64,000 bases of DNA from a virus: IMG/VR virus record IMGVR_UViG_3300037440_000222. One strand, given 5' to 3'. Positions 31,386-40,681 of the stretch are shown one piece after another. The position numbers and the translations under genes were made by a program. How positions within the stretch are numbered: the first letter of the stretch is position 1; each line of letters starts with the position of its first letter. Below the pieces are notes generated by a model. It was not told where the DNA came from. It made no database searches and saw only the letters and a list, made by a program, of their open reading frames with translations.

Positions 31386-31817
31386 TTATGTTAGTTGCGT
31401 AAATGAACCATCGCGCAAACTGAAGCGGAAGCGAATACCGTCTCTGCGCTTGACGTGGATATACTTCTCGCCAGCTTTCTTGCCTCTGCCGGTGCTGCGA
31501 CGCACTTCGCAAGGGATATTAGTGCCGGGAATAATAGCCGGATACCATTCGCCCGGTGTCCAGCTATCGGGATGCTGCCTATTGAGCATGTGGGCGGTAA
31601 GGTATTCGTCGCTTTCCTTATATGGCCGCCAGCCGCCCAGCCGCCAGTTATAGCCCTGATAACTACGGTCAGTATAAATATGTATGTCGGTGTCATCGTG
31701 CATATGTGCAATAGATGAATATATTTTTTCAAACGCCTCATCATAGCCACGCGCTTGCACAGTTTGGACTTCGGATGTGTCTTTATTCGGTTCTTCGGTG
31801 GTGTAGTAGAATTTCAT
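31386..31817 (-). CDS. hypothetical protein
   Basis: ORF track. RBS AAGGAGTC. Confidence 0.55.
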   Translation of the reverse strand: MKFYYTTEEPNKDTSEVQTVQARGYDEAFEKIYSSIAHMHDDTDIHIYTDRSYQGYNWRLGGWRPYKESDEYLTAHMLNRQHPDSWTPGEWYPAIIPGTNIPCEVRRSTGRGKKAGEKYIHVKRRDGIRFRFSLRDGSFTQLT

Positions 31818-31993
31818 AGCGACTCCTTTTGTTTCAGATAATCGACTGCATCGTTTACCGTCTTATTAACCGCTGTATGATAGACTTTGCAACTGCGGCA
31901 ATAGTAGATAATCCCTACTTGTGCAAGGCGTTTGCAATCCTTACGTGATAACTGTAGAGACTCGCAACTTTCTATAAGTAGCCGTGTTTTCAT
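31814..31993 (-). CDS. 59-aa Cys-containing protein
   Basis: Own translation MKTRLLIESCESLQLSRKDCKRLAQVGIIYYCRSCKVYHTAVNK... ATGA overlaps at both ends. Confidence 0.45.
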   Translation of the reverse strand: MKTRLLIESCESLQLSRKDCKRLAQVGIIYYCRSCKVYHTAVNKTVNDAVDYLKQKESL

Positions 31994-32499
31994 TCTATGG
32001 TTTCCTCTTGTCCAATCGGATTAAACAATTCGTCAGTTTCAATTGCGCTGTCAAATGTCAAAGGCATCAGTACCGCTGCTTGCTCTCTTCCCTGAATCAT
32101 GACCGGCGAGTTGCGCGTAGTGAATTTTAGACGAACATATCCCATGTCTTTAACAATGGATGCAAGCAACTTACCGTTAATATCAATTTCAAACGATGGT
32201 TCGGTAGTGGGTACGATGCGCAACCAATCAGGAAATGGGATTGTTTCTGTATCGTCTATTTCGATATACTCCCCTGATACACGCGGGGATTTATCTAAAA
32301 TGATTGTAGCTCCGTTCTCGGTGTTGTCTGCTAACGATTGTGGAAGCGGTGTGATGCGCATCTGGTGACCGTCTGCGGTGATAGCGCGATTCCCGTCGTG
32401 ATAGATGCCGCGTATTCCTTCACGGTTTTTATGGGTTGCATCGTTAAGCCAGCGAATGATATGCGACTCGTCTTTAGGAAAGTTGATTATTTTTGCCAT
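31990..32499 (-). CDS. beta-sliding-clamp (DnaN)-like mini protein, paralog of 12289..12846
   Basis: AITADGHQMRI and IPFPDWLRIVPTTEPSFEIDI resemble the DnaN motifs ATDGHRLA and FPDY..VIP. RBS AAGGAGTC. Confidence 0.45.
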   Translation of the reverse strand: MAKIINFPKDESHIIRWLNDATHKNREGIRGIYHDGNRAITADGHQMRITPLPQSLADNTENGATIILDKSPRVSGEYIEIDDTETIPFPDWLRIVPTTEPSFEIDINGKLLASIVKDMGYVRLKFTTRNSPVMIQGREQAAVLMPLTFDSAIETDELFNPIGQEETIE

Positions 32500-32588
32500 T
32501 GGTGACTCCTTTTCTAGTTGTCTACCTAAGCGTCTAATGTGCTTACTTCCCCCTTTGTAAGAACACTAGAGCGTAACGTTACGTCGAG

Positions 32589-32966
32589 TTATCCTATAAT
32601 TTGTATTAGGCCGCCCTGTATATAATACTGGAACGCGCTGTCATTTTTGTCAATCACGGTATATATAGGCGCGTACCAACTATGCCAAGCATTACCGGCA
32701 TCTGTGTGTCCATCGTAACGAATACAAGCAAAGTTTTCGAGAACATCTTCCTCGCGATAACCAAAAGGATTATTTTTGCGTTCTTTTCCTTTTGGTGTTT
32801 TCCACTGGTCAAGCAGCCAATCTAAACCTTTGCGCTCCTGCTCGGCTGATAAGCGTAGCCCCTCATTGATTGCCTTGTTATGTAGGTCGGAAAGTTCGCC
32901 TAAAGGCTTTTCGTTATTGAGCCTGCGGCCAATCAAATTAATTTGCTTTTCTGTTATTGTGTTCAT
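32589..32966 (-). CDS. hypothetical protein
   Basis: ORF track. RBS AAGGAGTC. Confidence 0.55.
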   Translation of the reverse strand: MNTITEKQINLIGRRLNNEKPLGELSDLHNKAINEGLRLSAEQERKGLDWLLDQWKTPKGKERKNNPFGYREEDVLENFACIRYDGHTDAGNAWHSWYAPIYTVIDKNDSAFQYYIQGGLIQIIG

Positions 32967-32994
32967 CGATTGACTCCTTTTTATAGTTGATAAA

Positions 32995-33363
32995 CTAGAG
33001 TGCCGCCATTTCTGGACGTATAAAACGTGTGGTATCTAGGGTTGCATGTGCATCTTCGCGTTCGTTCAGCCATACCGTTTTTACCCTAAGCGTTTCCATA
33101 ACGATTACTAGAATTAGGTCAAATTGTTGATTGTAGCGTGTGCGATAAACAACTTTATGAATACGTTTATCCCGCACTTCGACCTCGACCGCTTCGCAAT
33201 TCGCAAAGTTGACGCGGTTAGGTAGGTCGATTTTATCGTAACGATCAAGTTGTGCTGCGCGTCTGGCGTGTCCGGTGTAATCTAGGCGGTAGGGTTTGCC
33301 CTCAAATTTAGCAAGGGTTTGGGTAACTGGTTCGGGGTATCCTACGTCTTTATGAAATAGCAT
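32995..33363 (-). CDS. hypothetical protein
   Basis: ORF track. RBS TAGGAGTC. Confidence 0.55.
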   Translation of the reverse strand: MLFHKDVGYPEPVTQTLAKFEGKPYRLDYTGHARRAAQLDRYDKIDLPNRVNFANCEAVEVEVRDKRIHKVVYRTRYNQQFDLILVIVMETLRVKTVWLNEREDAHATLDTTRFIRPEMAAL

Positions 33364-33384
33364 CGGTGACTCCTAGTAGTTAAG

Positions 33385-33627
33385 TTACAAATTGATAATA
33401 GCGATAATTGCTAAATTGACAACGATAACGAACATAGTCATCATTCGCATAACTTCGCCGCCTGCACGTTGATTAACTGCGCGTGCTATTTCAATCGGTC
33501 TAGCGGTTTGTGCGTTGCTAGTTGCGAATAAAGAAACAAGGACGACTGGCAACCCTATCACTAGTGGAAGCAAAACGATTAGTCCTTGAATGGTTTCAAT
33601 TGTGCTTGCGGTTAGTTGTGCTTCCAT
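33385..33627 (-). CDS. small membrane protein
   Basis: ORF track. Two TM segments. RBS TAGGAGTC. A promoter lies 20 nt upstream. Confidence 0.55.
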   Translation of the reverse strand: MEAQLTASTIETIQGLIVLLPLVIGLPVVLVSLFATSNAQTARPIEIARAVNQRAGGEVMRMMTMFVIVVNLAIIAIINL

Positions 33628-33646
33628 TATGTGACTCCTACCTATA

Positions 33647-33674
33647 AGTATATCAGAATATCATGATTTGTCAA
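33647..33674 (-). promoter_or_regulatory. sigma70 promoter (TTGACA-16-TATACT)
   Basis: Minus-strand reading is attcaaacgtTTGACAaatcatgatattctgaTATACTtat. Confidence 0.6.
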
Positions 33675-33733
33675 ACGTTTGAATTGTCATTTATGCGCAT
33701 AGCCGATAGGCAATTAGTGCTAGGACTGCGGTA

Positions 33734-34021
33734 CTATTTAGTGTCTTCTTGATTTCCGTTTTCATGGAATCTCATTCGTACCAGTACAACCTCGCCAGTT
33801 GCTTTACATGGCGAGGCAAAGTATCCATTTTCATATCCGCATCCAGGACACGTTGCTATAGAAGTTAACATAAAAATGTGTCGCCCGTCATAAAATCCTT
33901 CCCACCCCAAGCCCATATGTATACCGGATAATTTTCCTACGTCCGTTTTGCATTTGTGACAATTTACATTGCCAGTATAGGGTCGTCCAATTTTCCAGTC
34001 ACATTTCCAGCAGTATGCCAT
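33734..34021 (-). CDS. Cys-rich zinc-binding-like protein
   Basis: ORF track. Cys pairs at CWKCDW...CHKCKT...CPGCGY. Confidence 0.5.
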   Translation of the reverse strand: MAYCWKCDWKIGRPYTGNVNCHKCKTDVGKLSGIHMGLGWEGFYDGRHIFMLTSIATCPGCGYENGYFASPCKATGEVVLVRMRFHENGNQEDTK

Positions 34022-34032
34022 TGTTTTACCTT

Positions 34033-34263
34033 TTAGGGATAGGTTTTGTAATCGGTGAAGTTAGTAAAATCATCCAGCGCAGGGCCGCAAATATAATTAT
34101 CATACCGGCCATTTTCAAAGTTGCCAACGCCCACAAGCACAACGTCCTCGTTGCAAGTAGGGATAGGGCGGTAGTATGCGCGATAATGGGAAGCAAAGAA
34201 CAGGGCAAGGAATAGAAGGGATAGTAGCGCGGTGGTGATAGAGATTAATCTTAGTGCTTTCAT
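34033..34263 (-). CDS. small secreted/membrane protein
   Basis: ORF track. N-terminal signal/TM LISITTALLSLLFLALFFA. RBS AAGGAGTC. The alternative overlapping ORFs in the track were rejected. Confidence 0.5.
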   Translation of the reverse strand: MKALRLISITTALLSLLFLALFFASHYRAYYRPIPTCNEDVVLVGVGNFENGRYDNYICGPALDDFTNFTDYKTYP

Positions 34264-34688
34264 TTGTGACTCCTTTTGAGCATGTAATGGAAACTAATAG
34301 TAAGCATGACCCATAGAAATACATTAAACAATAGTGAGGCATCAGTTACAGGCGAGAAGAAAATTAAGGGATGTTCATCCAGCCAGGGTAAAATTGTGGG
34401 AAGCGGTCTACCATCTAGCCAGTAATATAACAAATCTTCAACGCCCATCATAAGAGCTAGTCTAAAACTTACGGCAAACCAAACTGCATCACGTCCAGCA
34501 GGGAGTAGACCGGCGACTCCTATGGACAAAAGTCCCCACATAGCAATAAAGTATCCATAATGATATTGGCCGGGGTTAGAGCCGATAAACTCCCACAGTT
34601 CATTTGCCTCAAAGATGCGCTGCCATAAAGCAATGTCAATTGCCGTGATAGATATTATGGCAAGAATAAGTATTAGTAGCTTCTTCAT
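34260..34688 (-). CDS. multi-pass membrane protein
   Basis: ORF track 34260..34736. Start taken at ATG 34688 (MKKLLILILAIISI, TAATG overlap). At least 4 hydrophobic segments. Confidence 0.55.
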   Translation of the reverse strand: MKKLLILILAIISITAIDIALWQRIFEANELWEFIGSNPGQYHYGYFIAMWGLLSIGVAGLLPAGRDAVWFAVSFRLALMMGVEDLLYYWLDGRPLPTILPWLDEHPLIFFSPVTDASLLFNVFLWVMLTISFHYMLKRSHK

Positions 34689-34909
34689 TATCGACGCTCC
34701 AGCAATCCTGTTATCATTGCGATTGTGTCGTCCCAATTGTCAATCATTTCGACCTCTTTGAATTGAGCCAAGAGCAATAAGATCTCTTTTCTTTGGGTAG
34801 GAGTCAGATGCTTAACGATTGTAATGCGCTCCAATTCTGAACCTTGTCCGAGGCTTACTTTGATATTGTTTTTGGTCATATTATCTCGAATATAATTTTT
34901 GTCATTCAT
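34688..34909 (-). CDS. hypothetical small protein
   Basis: ORF track 34688..34984. Start taken at ATG 34909 (MNDKNY), preceded by AAGGAGTC. Confidence 0.5.
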   Translation of the reverse strand: MNDKNYIRDNMTKNNIKVSLGQGSELERITIVKHLTPTQRKEILLLLAQFKEVEMIDNWDDTIAMITGLLERR

Positions 34910-35315
34910 TATGCGACTCCTTTGATTTAGCAATTTCATACCGCATCTTAGTATATGCATATAACTGCATAACTTTCGTATCAAGTTCGCCGGTATCTAA
35001 TAAATACGTGTGCGTTTCCGGTATTAGTTCGTTAGCGACTGAGTGCCAATAATCGGCAGGGTTGCAGTTTGCAGGTATCATCTGTTTGTTATTTTCTACT
35101 AGTGACTCCACAATCTCACGAGCGCGTGCAATGCCGCTTTCCATATTGTCAGCTTCTTCTACAATGTATAAATAGCAAGGTTCAAAAAAAGCATTGACGG
35201 CTTCGCCCATGCGTGTACCAATTATGCGAATAGCAACAGGCGGAATAGTGGTATATTGATAATCAGTAATCTTTATGGTGTAACCGTGTTTCGTTTCTGT
35301 AAAGTGTCTTTTCAT
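34902..35315 (-). CDS. hypothetical protein
   Basis: ORF track. RBS TAGGAGTC. Confidence 0.55.
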   Translation of the reverse strand: MKRHFTETKHGYTIKITDYQYTTIPPVAIRIIGTRMGEAVNAFFEPCYLYIVEEADNMESGIARAREIVESLVENNKQMIPANCNPADYWHSVANELIPETHTYLLDTGELDTKVMQLYAYTKMRYEIAKSKESHNE

Positions 35316-35323
35316 CGTGACTC

Positions 35324-35863
35324 CTAGTTAGATTTCCAATAGGTGCAAATAACACACGTCCTACCGTAGCCGCTCGGTGCTGGTTCAAATACGTGACGAT
35401 GAGCGCGGCTTTTCTTTGCGTAAGGTTTGAGAATATCTGGCACTTCCTTTTTATAGCCGCCGCGCCGCAATCCTCTATCAAAGGTCATTTGGATATAACG
35501 CTCATAACGGTCTAATACTTTGCGCGGAACGCTGTAGCCTAATTCGCGCATCTTGTCTATCGCCCATTGGGTAGCGTGTGCTTCTTCTTCAGCGCGTGTT
35601 CCTTTTGCGCCGTTAGCGTCTACGATATGCCCGATTTCATGCAGTAGTTCAAATAGGGACACGCGGGATTTTGGAAGTTCCATTTTGCAAATCGTGCGCG
35701 TGGTTGGATGTGCGTGGACGCGACTCCAGCAGACGGATTCAGGGTTCAGAATGATTGAGTATTCCTTAAGCAGGTCGAGTCCGGTCTGCTGGAACGCGGT
35801 CAAGTTATCGTAGCGATTGCGTAAAAATGCTTGATTGAATTTGACTTCCGTGTCTTTTTGCAT
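35324..35863 (-). CDS. HExxH zinc-metallopeptidase-like protein
   Basis: LFELLHEIGHIVDANGAKGTRAEEEAHATQWAIDKM contains an HExxH motif plus a downstream E/H. Confidence 0.5.
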   Translation of the reverse strand: MQKDTEVKFNQAFLRNRYDNLTAFQQTGLDLLKEYSIILNPESVCWSRVHAHPTTRTICKMELPKSRVSLFELLHEIGHIVDANGAKGTRAEEEAHATQWAIDKMRELGYSVPRKVLDRYERYIQMTFDRGLRRGGYKKEVPDILKPYAKKSRAHRHVFEPAPSGYGRTCVICTYWKSN

Positions 35864-35951
35864 TTGTCTATCCTTCTGGTATCTGGTTAGTAATTTGTTG
35901 CTATCCTGTAATATCTAGTTGCTATCTATCTAGTATCTATCTGGTATCTGC

Positions 35952-35979
35952 TTGATAATTTTTTATAATCGTGTATAAT
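35952..35979 (+). promoter_or_regulatory. plus-strand sigma70 promoter (TTGATA-16-TATAAT) firing straight into a terminator hairpin
   Basis: cTTGATAattttttataatcgtgTATAATtgcg. There is no plus-strand gene downstream. Confidence 0.5.
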
Positions 35980-35983
35980 TGCG

Positions 35984-36029
35984 ATAGCGCGGTTGTGGCG
36001 ACTGTGGAATGCAACCGCGCTATTTTGTT
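35984..36029 (+). terminator. intrinsic terminator hairpin (12-bp stem + TTTTGTT)
   Basis: ATAGCGCGGTTG/CAACCGCGCTAT with the T-run on the plus strand. It also lies immediately 3' of the minus-strand gene 36028..36306. Confidence 0.55.
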
Positions 36030-36306
36030 AATTGAGATGATTGATAAACTTGTAACCGTTTTCGATAGCATGTGCGATTGCTTGCGTTTCGATAGCTTTG
36101 TTAAGGTCTTGCGTTTTTGCCTTCTTGATATAGCTATCGGGATACAAGTCGCTGGCGAGTTCATAAGCTGCTTGACACGCTTCCTTTGCATAAGGGAAGG
36201 TGATAAATGTATCGTTCAAAACATGCGCATCGTCCCGAACGACTCCCATGTATTCGCCTCTACCAATGCGCACTGCGAAAACTTGAATAGTATCTCGTTG
36301 CATCAT
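36028..36306 (-). CDS. hypothetical protein, first gene of the leftward arm
   Basis: ORF track. RBS AAGGAGTC. A consensus promoter lies 45 nt upstream. Confidence 0.6.
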   Translation of the reverse strand: MMQRDTIQVFAVRIGRGEYMGVVRDDAHVLNDTFITFPYAKEACQAAYELASDLYPDSYIKKAKTQDLNKAIETQAIAHAIENGYKFINHLN

Positions 36307-36349
36307 CGTGACTCCTTTTTATCAACTACAAAATTCAAACGTTTGAATA

Positions 36350-36378
36350 ATTATATCAAATCATGGTTCACTTGTCAA
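36350..36378 (-). promoter_or_regulatory. consensus sigma70 promoter (TTGACA-17-TATAAT) of the leftward arm
   Basis: Minus-strand reading is gcgcTTGACAagtgaaccatgatttgaTATAATtattc. It is followed by the palindrome TTCAAACGTTTGAA. Confidence 0.7.
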
Positions 36379-36411
36379 GCGCAATTTTCCTAGTTCGTGA
36401 AGGGTTTCACA

Positions 36412-37062
36412 ATGTCAAATGATGCCGTTTCTTCTAAGCCGTTAACCAACGTAGACCTTGAATATTCCTACAACCGAGGCGCGGACAAATTATCGCCTGA
36501 ACGAATCCGTACCGCGCTAACCGGACGCTATTCCCTATGTACCCCTGAGAAAATCGAGGCTATTCAGCAGTCCATCATCCTCGGCCTAAATTACAAGGAC
36601 GCTGCACACGCTAACGACGTAGACCCGCAAACCCTTTACGTCTGGCTAACCAGAGGCAAGAATCAAATCGAAATTTGGCGTAACAAAGAAGACTATGAAA
36701 TACCAGAAAATGAACGAATGTTCGTTTTGCTTACTATCGCGGTACAGGACGCAATCGCCAAACGGAAGGCAAATTGGTTAGCAAAATTGCAAGAGTTGGA
36801 TACGAAATCATGGCAGCGGTTCGCGTGGTTGTTGGAACGGTTGCATACTGACGAGTTCGGGAAGTCGCTGAAATTGGAAATTAACGACTGGCGGCGGGAT
36901 GCGGTGGAGTTGGTGAAACAGGGGTTGCAATTCGAGCAGGCTGTTGAGTCGTTTGGTGAACAGGAAGCGGTTAAATTGTTCGAAGCTGCGGGGCGCAAGG
37001 TGGACGCAGAAATTATAGACGCTGAATTTTCGGACGCGGAGTCGGAGTCGGATAATGACTAG
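36412..37062 (+). CDS. terS: terminase small subunit (by position; HTH-like N-terminal half)
   Basis: Lies directly upstream of and overlapping the TerL gene. GLNYKDAAHANDVDPQTLYVWL is HTH-like and the C-tail is acidic. The track start is GTG 36397; ATG 36412 has GAAGGG upstream. Confidence 0.55.
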   Translation: MSNDAVSSKPLTNVDLEYSYNRGADKLSPERIRTALTGRYSLCTPEKIEAIQQSIILGLNYKDAAHANDVDPQTLYVWLTRGKNQIEIWRNKEDYEIPENERMFVLLTIAVQDAIAKRKANWLAKLQELDTKSWQRFAWLLERLHTDEFGKSLKLEINDWRRDAVELVKQGLQFEQAVESFGEQEAVKLFEAAGRKVDAEIIDAEFSDAESESDND

Positions 37063-38668
37063 CAGCGCACTTGACGAGCTAACGCCGGAAGCCTATAACG
37101 CGCTGATGATGGAACGGGTGCGGAATTTGCAACGCAAGGTCAAGCTAGACCCAAGTTTGCTGAAGCAGACGGGTTATAGCGAGTTTCAGCAGAAGTATCA
37201 ACTAGACGCGGCGGGATTCGTGCAAGATTGTATTCAATGGAAGGAAGGTCAGAGTCCGACGTTCTACCAGTTAGAGATTTTGCATCGGTGGAACGAGGTC
37301 GATAGGCAGGCGATACGCGGCCCGCACACGCTAGGTAAAACGGCGTTAGCTAGTTGGTGTATTCTGTGGTTTGCGTTGACCAGAGATGGGGAAGATTGGT
37401 TAATCCCGACAACGGCATCGGTCACGCGGCAGTTGACTAAATACCTGTGGCCGGAAATACATAAATGGGCGCGGCGGCTGCGGTGGGATATTATAGGAAG
37501 AGAACCGTTCAACACAAGGACGGAATTACAGTTGCAGACGTTACGATTAGCAACTGGACAAGCGTATGCAATGGCGAGTGATAATCATGAGGCGTTAGAA
37601 GGTGCGCATGCTGACCATATTCTATACATATTCGACGAGTCGAAGGCGATCAAAGAACAGACATTTGACGCGGCTGAGGGCGCGTTTGCAGGCGGTGAGG
37701 ACGCGGAAGTCAAAGTGCTTGCGGTGTCGACTCCGGGCGAGTCGGTGGGGCGGTTTTACGATATTCACCGTCGCAAGTCCGGTCTAGAAGATTGGTTTCC
37801 TATGCACGTAACCGCCGAGGATGCTATCAAAGCTGGACGCATGACTCGTGAATGGCTGGAGCAGCGTAAACGGCAATGGGGCGAAACGTCCAGCTTATTT
37901 CAACGGCGCGTATTGGGCGAGTTTGCCGCAGATGATGCTGACGGTATCATCCCGCTATCATGGGTTGAACGTGCTATCCGACTATGGGAACAGGTTACAG
38001 AAGACCCCGAATTTCATAAGGGCGAGTTGTTTGCTATCGGCACAGATGTAGGTCTAGGCGGCGAGAATTCTGACCGTACCGTATTTGCTAGGTGCTATCG
38101 CACAGTCTACCAAGACTCGCCCCTGCTATTCATCGATGAGCTAGTAACGCAACCGCGCGGTTCAGTGGACACGGCAACTATGCAAACCGCTAACTACCTC
38201 ATGCGTACCCACGATGCGCACGGCGGCAAACGTGGCAGACCCTTTAGCTACATCGACTCAATTGGCATCGGTGCGGGTGTGTACCATCGCCTACGCGAGG
38301 AGGGGTACAAATCTGCACGCGCATTCAACGCATCCGAAAAAACCTTACGCACAGACCAGACCGGCGAGATGCACTTTGCCAACAAGCGTACCGCTGCATG
38401 GTGGCTGACTCGCGAGTCCCTAGACCCTACCAGCGATACCCTCATAGCCCTACCGCCTAACGACGACCTGCTAGCCGAGCTAACCACTACGCGCTATAAG
38501 GAACGACCAGGCGGCGCAATCATAGCCGAGTCTAAAGACGACATCCGCAAACGCCTATCCCGTTCTACCGACTCCGCCGATGCTACTATCCAATCCCTTA
38601 CTGGCGACTTACTAGCTTTACGCCCACGCGCTAGAGTCTACGTGCCAGGTCGCGGTTACATTGACTAA
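37055..38668 (+). CDS. terL: terminase large subunit
   Basis: ATPase motifs RGPHTLGKTALAS (Walker A-like) and HILYIFDESKAI (Walker B). C-terminal RNaseH-like nuclease acidic motifs AIGTDVGLGG and SIGIGAG. 537 aa, followed by the portal gene. Confidence 0.8.
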   Translation: MTSSALDELTPEAYNALMMERVRNLQRKVKLDPSLLKQTGYSEFQQKYQLDAAGFVQDCIQWKEGQSPTFYQLEILHRWNEVDRQAIRGPHTLGKTALASWCILWFALTRDGEDWLIPTTASVTRQLTKYLWPEIHKWARRLRWDIIGREPFNTRTELQLQTLRLATGQAYAMASDNHEALEGAHADHILYIFDESKAIKEQTFDAAEGAFAGGEDAEVKVLAVSTPGESVGRFYDIHRRKSGLEDWFPMHVTAEDAIKAGRMTREWLEQRKRQWGETSSLFQRRVLGEFAADDADGIIPLSWVERAIRLWEQVTEDPEFHKGELFAIGTDVGLGGENSDRTVFARCYRTVYQDSPLLFIDELVTQPRGSVDTATMQTANYLMRTHDAHGGKRGRPFSYIDSIGIGAGVYHRLREEGYKSARAFNASEKTLRTDQTGEMHFANKRTAAWWLTRESLDPTSDTLIALPPNDDLLAELTTTRYKERPGGAIIAESKDDIRKRLSRSTDSADATIQSLTGDLLALRPRARVYVPGRGYID

Positions 38669-38877
38669 CCCCCTATTCACGACACGCAACGCATGACACA
38701 CTTGACATGACACTCATTGCACGACTCGCAACTGTTGAAAAATTTTTCCTGATTCTGTGGAGTGTGAGCGGCGTTATTCAGCACCCGTCTATATTATTCG
38801 TTCCACCATTAAAAAGAGTTTGTGCAATTTTTCACATATTATCAGTTAGTTATTCTTAGCACACTAGGACGTAAGCT

Positions 38878-40674
38878 ATGGCAGACGCATTGAAGAATCA
38901 GAACGGAAGTGTAAAATCGGTATCGACTAGGCTCGTACAGTCGTCTACACGCAATACCGTACAGGACTTCTCGCCGTCAGAGGGTGGGCCGGGCAGCAAC
39001 GATATATTGTCACGTTTTGCCATAATGCAGGCGCGTGATTTGTTACCGATGTGGTGGTCGAGAGCGCGGGATGCAGCGTTAGAAAAGTTATGGCACGATA
39101 GCAATTTGTTATCGGGTGCAATGTACGCAATGTCAAGCAAGATGTGTACTATCCCGTTTCATATAGAACCGTTGGATATGTCCATCACTCAGCATATGCG
39201 TGATGCCGATATGTTTCAACGCAGATTATACGAAGGCGCAGAATTTGGACAAGGGTGGGATGAATTCTTTAGCTTACAGGTACAATCATTGCTTGGTCAG
39301 GACAATGGACGGTTTTTTGAAATCATTGATGCTGCCAGTGATAAAACTGGTCGAGTAACTGGCGCAGCTTTAACTGTAGCTCATCTATCTCCTGACCGCT
39401 GCACCCGTACCGGCGACCCTGAGTTCCCAATCCTTTATCAACGCATAGATGGTAAACGTGTAAAACTACATTTCACCCGCGTTGGCTACGATAGTCAGTT
39501 ACCGTCTACTCGTGCCGAAATGTTTAGGGTCGGCTTTTGCGCTATTTCACGCGCTACTCACTACGCCCGTCTAATCCTAGACATTAACCGCTACTACGCT
39601 GAAAAACTTGGTTCGCGTCCGTTACGTGGCATTTTATTAGCAGGCGGCGGGTTAGATGCAGAAGTGGTCGGGAACGCAATTGAAGCAATCTCGTCCAAGT
39701 CTGATGCGGAAGGGTTTATGAACTTTTCGCTATTGCCGATTATCGGTGAGCAGGAACTTGACACACCCTCACTTGAACTAATCTCGCTATCCTCACTACC
39801 TGAAGGATTTGACGAAGAAACCTCTACCGGAATAGCGATGGCCGCAATCGCATTAGCAATGGGTGTGGACATACGCGAACTGTGGCCGTCCTCACAACAA
39901 GGTGCTACTCGTGCAGACGCATTGCTTCAACACATTAAGCAACGTGGCAAAGGGCCTGGTCATATCATTACACGCACAGAACAGTTAATCAATTCCAAGT
40001 TCCTTCCCGCACATCTGAAAATCGTCTTTGACTATCAGGACGATGCGCAAGACCGCCAACGCGCAGAAATCTCCGAGTCCCGTTCCAAAACGCGCCGTCT
40101 AAATTTGGAAGACTCGTCCACCGACACCCGCATCGAGCGCGAACTGATGCTCCAAAATGGCGAAATCAATTCTGCACAATTCAACTCACTCGAATTAGCT
40201 TCTGGCCGCCTACCTGATGGGCGCGATATTCAAATCCTGTTCTATTCTGAGGATGAAACTGAGTCCGAACTACTGACCATCGCGGAACTATCCGACCCGT
40301 TAGACTTTGATGCGCACGACCCTGAAACCGCCATTAGAGCCATTGATAAGCAAATTCGTGAAGTCTACAAACTGGCTGCTCAGAGTATCGGTGTTCGTAA
40401 TACAGTCGCTATTGAACAATCATTGGCCGCACTAAAATTCCTACGCAAAGAGTATGAGAAAATCCTATTAGTCGCACAAGTTGAGGAACAGACTGAACGC
40501 GAGAATACCCCTGATTCAACTGTCGGAACAGCACCGTCGCAACAAATTCGCAACTCAGCCGAATCCGAAACTCCTGTCAATCAACGTCCCGACGATGAAC
40601 AAGAGGTGATGTCGCTAGAATTGAACCCGCGTGAGCTATCCGATAAGCAGAAACAGTTGCGCTTACTGGACTAA
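38878..40674 (+). CDS. portal protein (by size and position)
   Basis: 598-aa ORF immediately after TerL. RBS AGGA. Acidic C-terminus. No motif-level confirmation was possible. Confidence 0.55.
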   Translation: MADALKNQNGSVKSVSTRLVQSSTRNTVQDFSPSEGGPGSNDILSRFAIMQARDLLPMWWSRARDAALEKLWHDSNLLSGAMYAMSSKMCTIPFHIEPLDMSITQHMRDADMFQRRLYEGAEFGQGWDEFFSLQVQSLLGQDNGRFFEIIDAASDKTGRVTGAALTVAHLSPDRCTRTGDPEFPILYQRIDGKRVKLHFTRVGYDSQLPSTRAEMFRVGFCAISRATHYARLILDINRYYAEKLGSRPLRGILLAGGGLDAEVVGNAIEAISSKSDAEGFMNFSLLPIIGEQELDTPSLELISLSSLPEGFDEETSTGIAMAAIALAMGVDIRELWPSSQQGATRADALLQHIKQRGKGPGHIITRTEQLINSKFLPAHLKIVFDYQDDAQDRQRAEISESRSKTRRLNLEDSSTDTRIERELMLQNGEINSAQFNSLELASGRLPDGRDIQILFYSEDETESELLTIAELSDPLDFDAHDPETAIRAIDKQIREVYKLAAQSIGVRNTVAIEQSLAALKFLRKEYEKILLVAQVEEQTERENTPDSTVGTAPSQQIRNSAESETPVNQRPDDEQEVMSLELNPRELSDKQKQLRLLD

Positions 40675-40681
40675 CATGACT

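Noticed and set aside
38669-38877. Direct repeat ACGAC(A/T)CGCAAC x2 and TTGACA-like hexamers in the TerL-portal gap as a promoter or pac site.
   Set aside because: No acceptable -10 lies at the proper spacing. The repeat is short and present only twice. Left unannotated.
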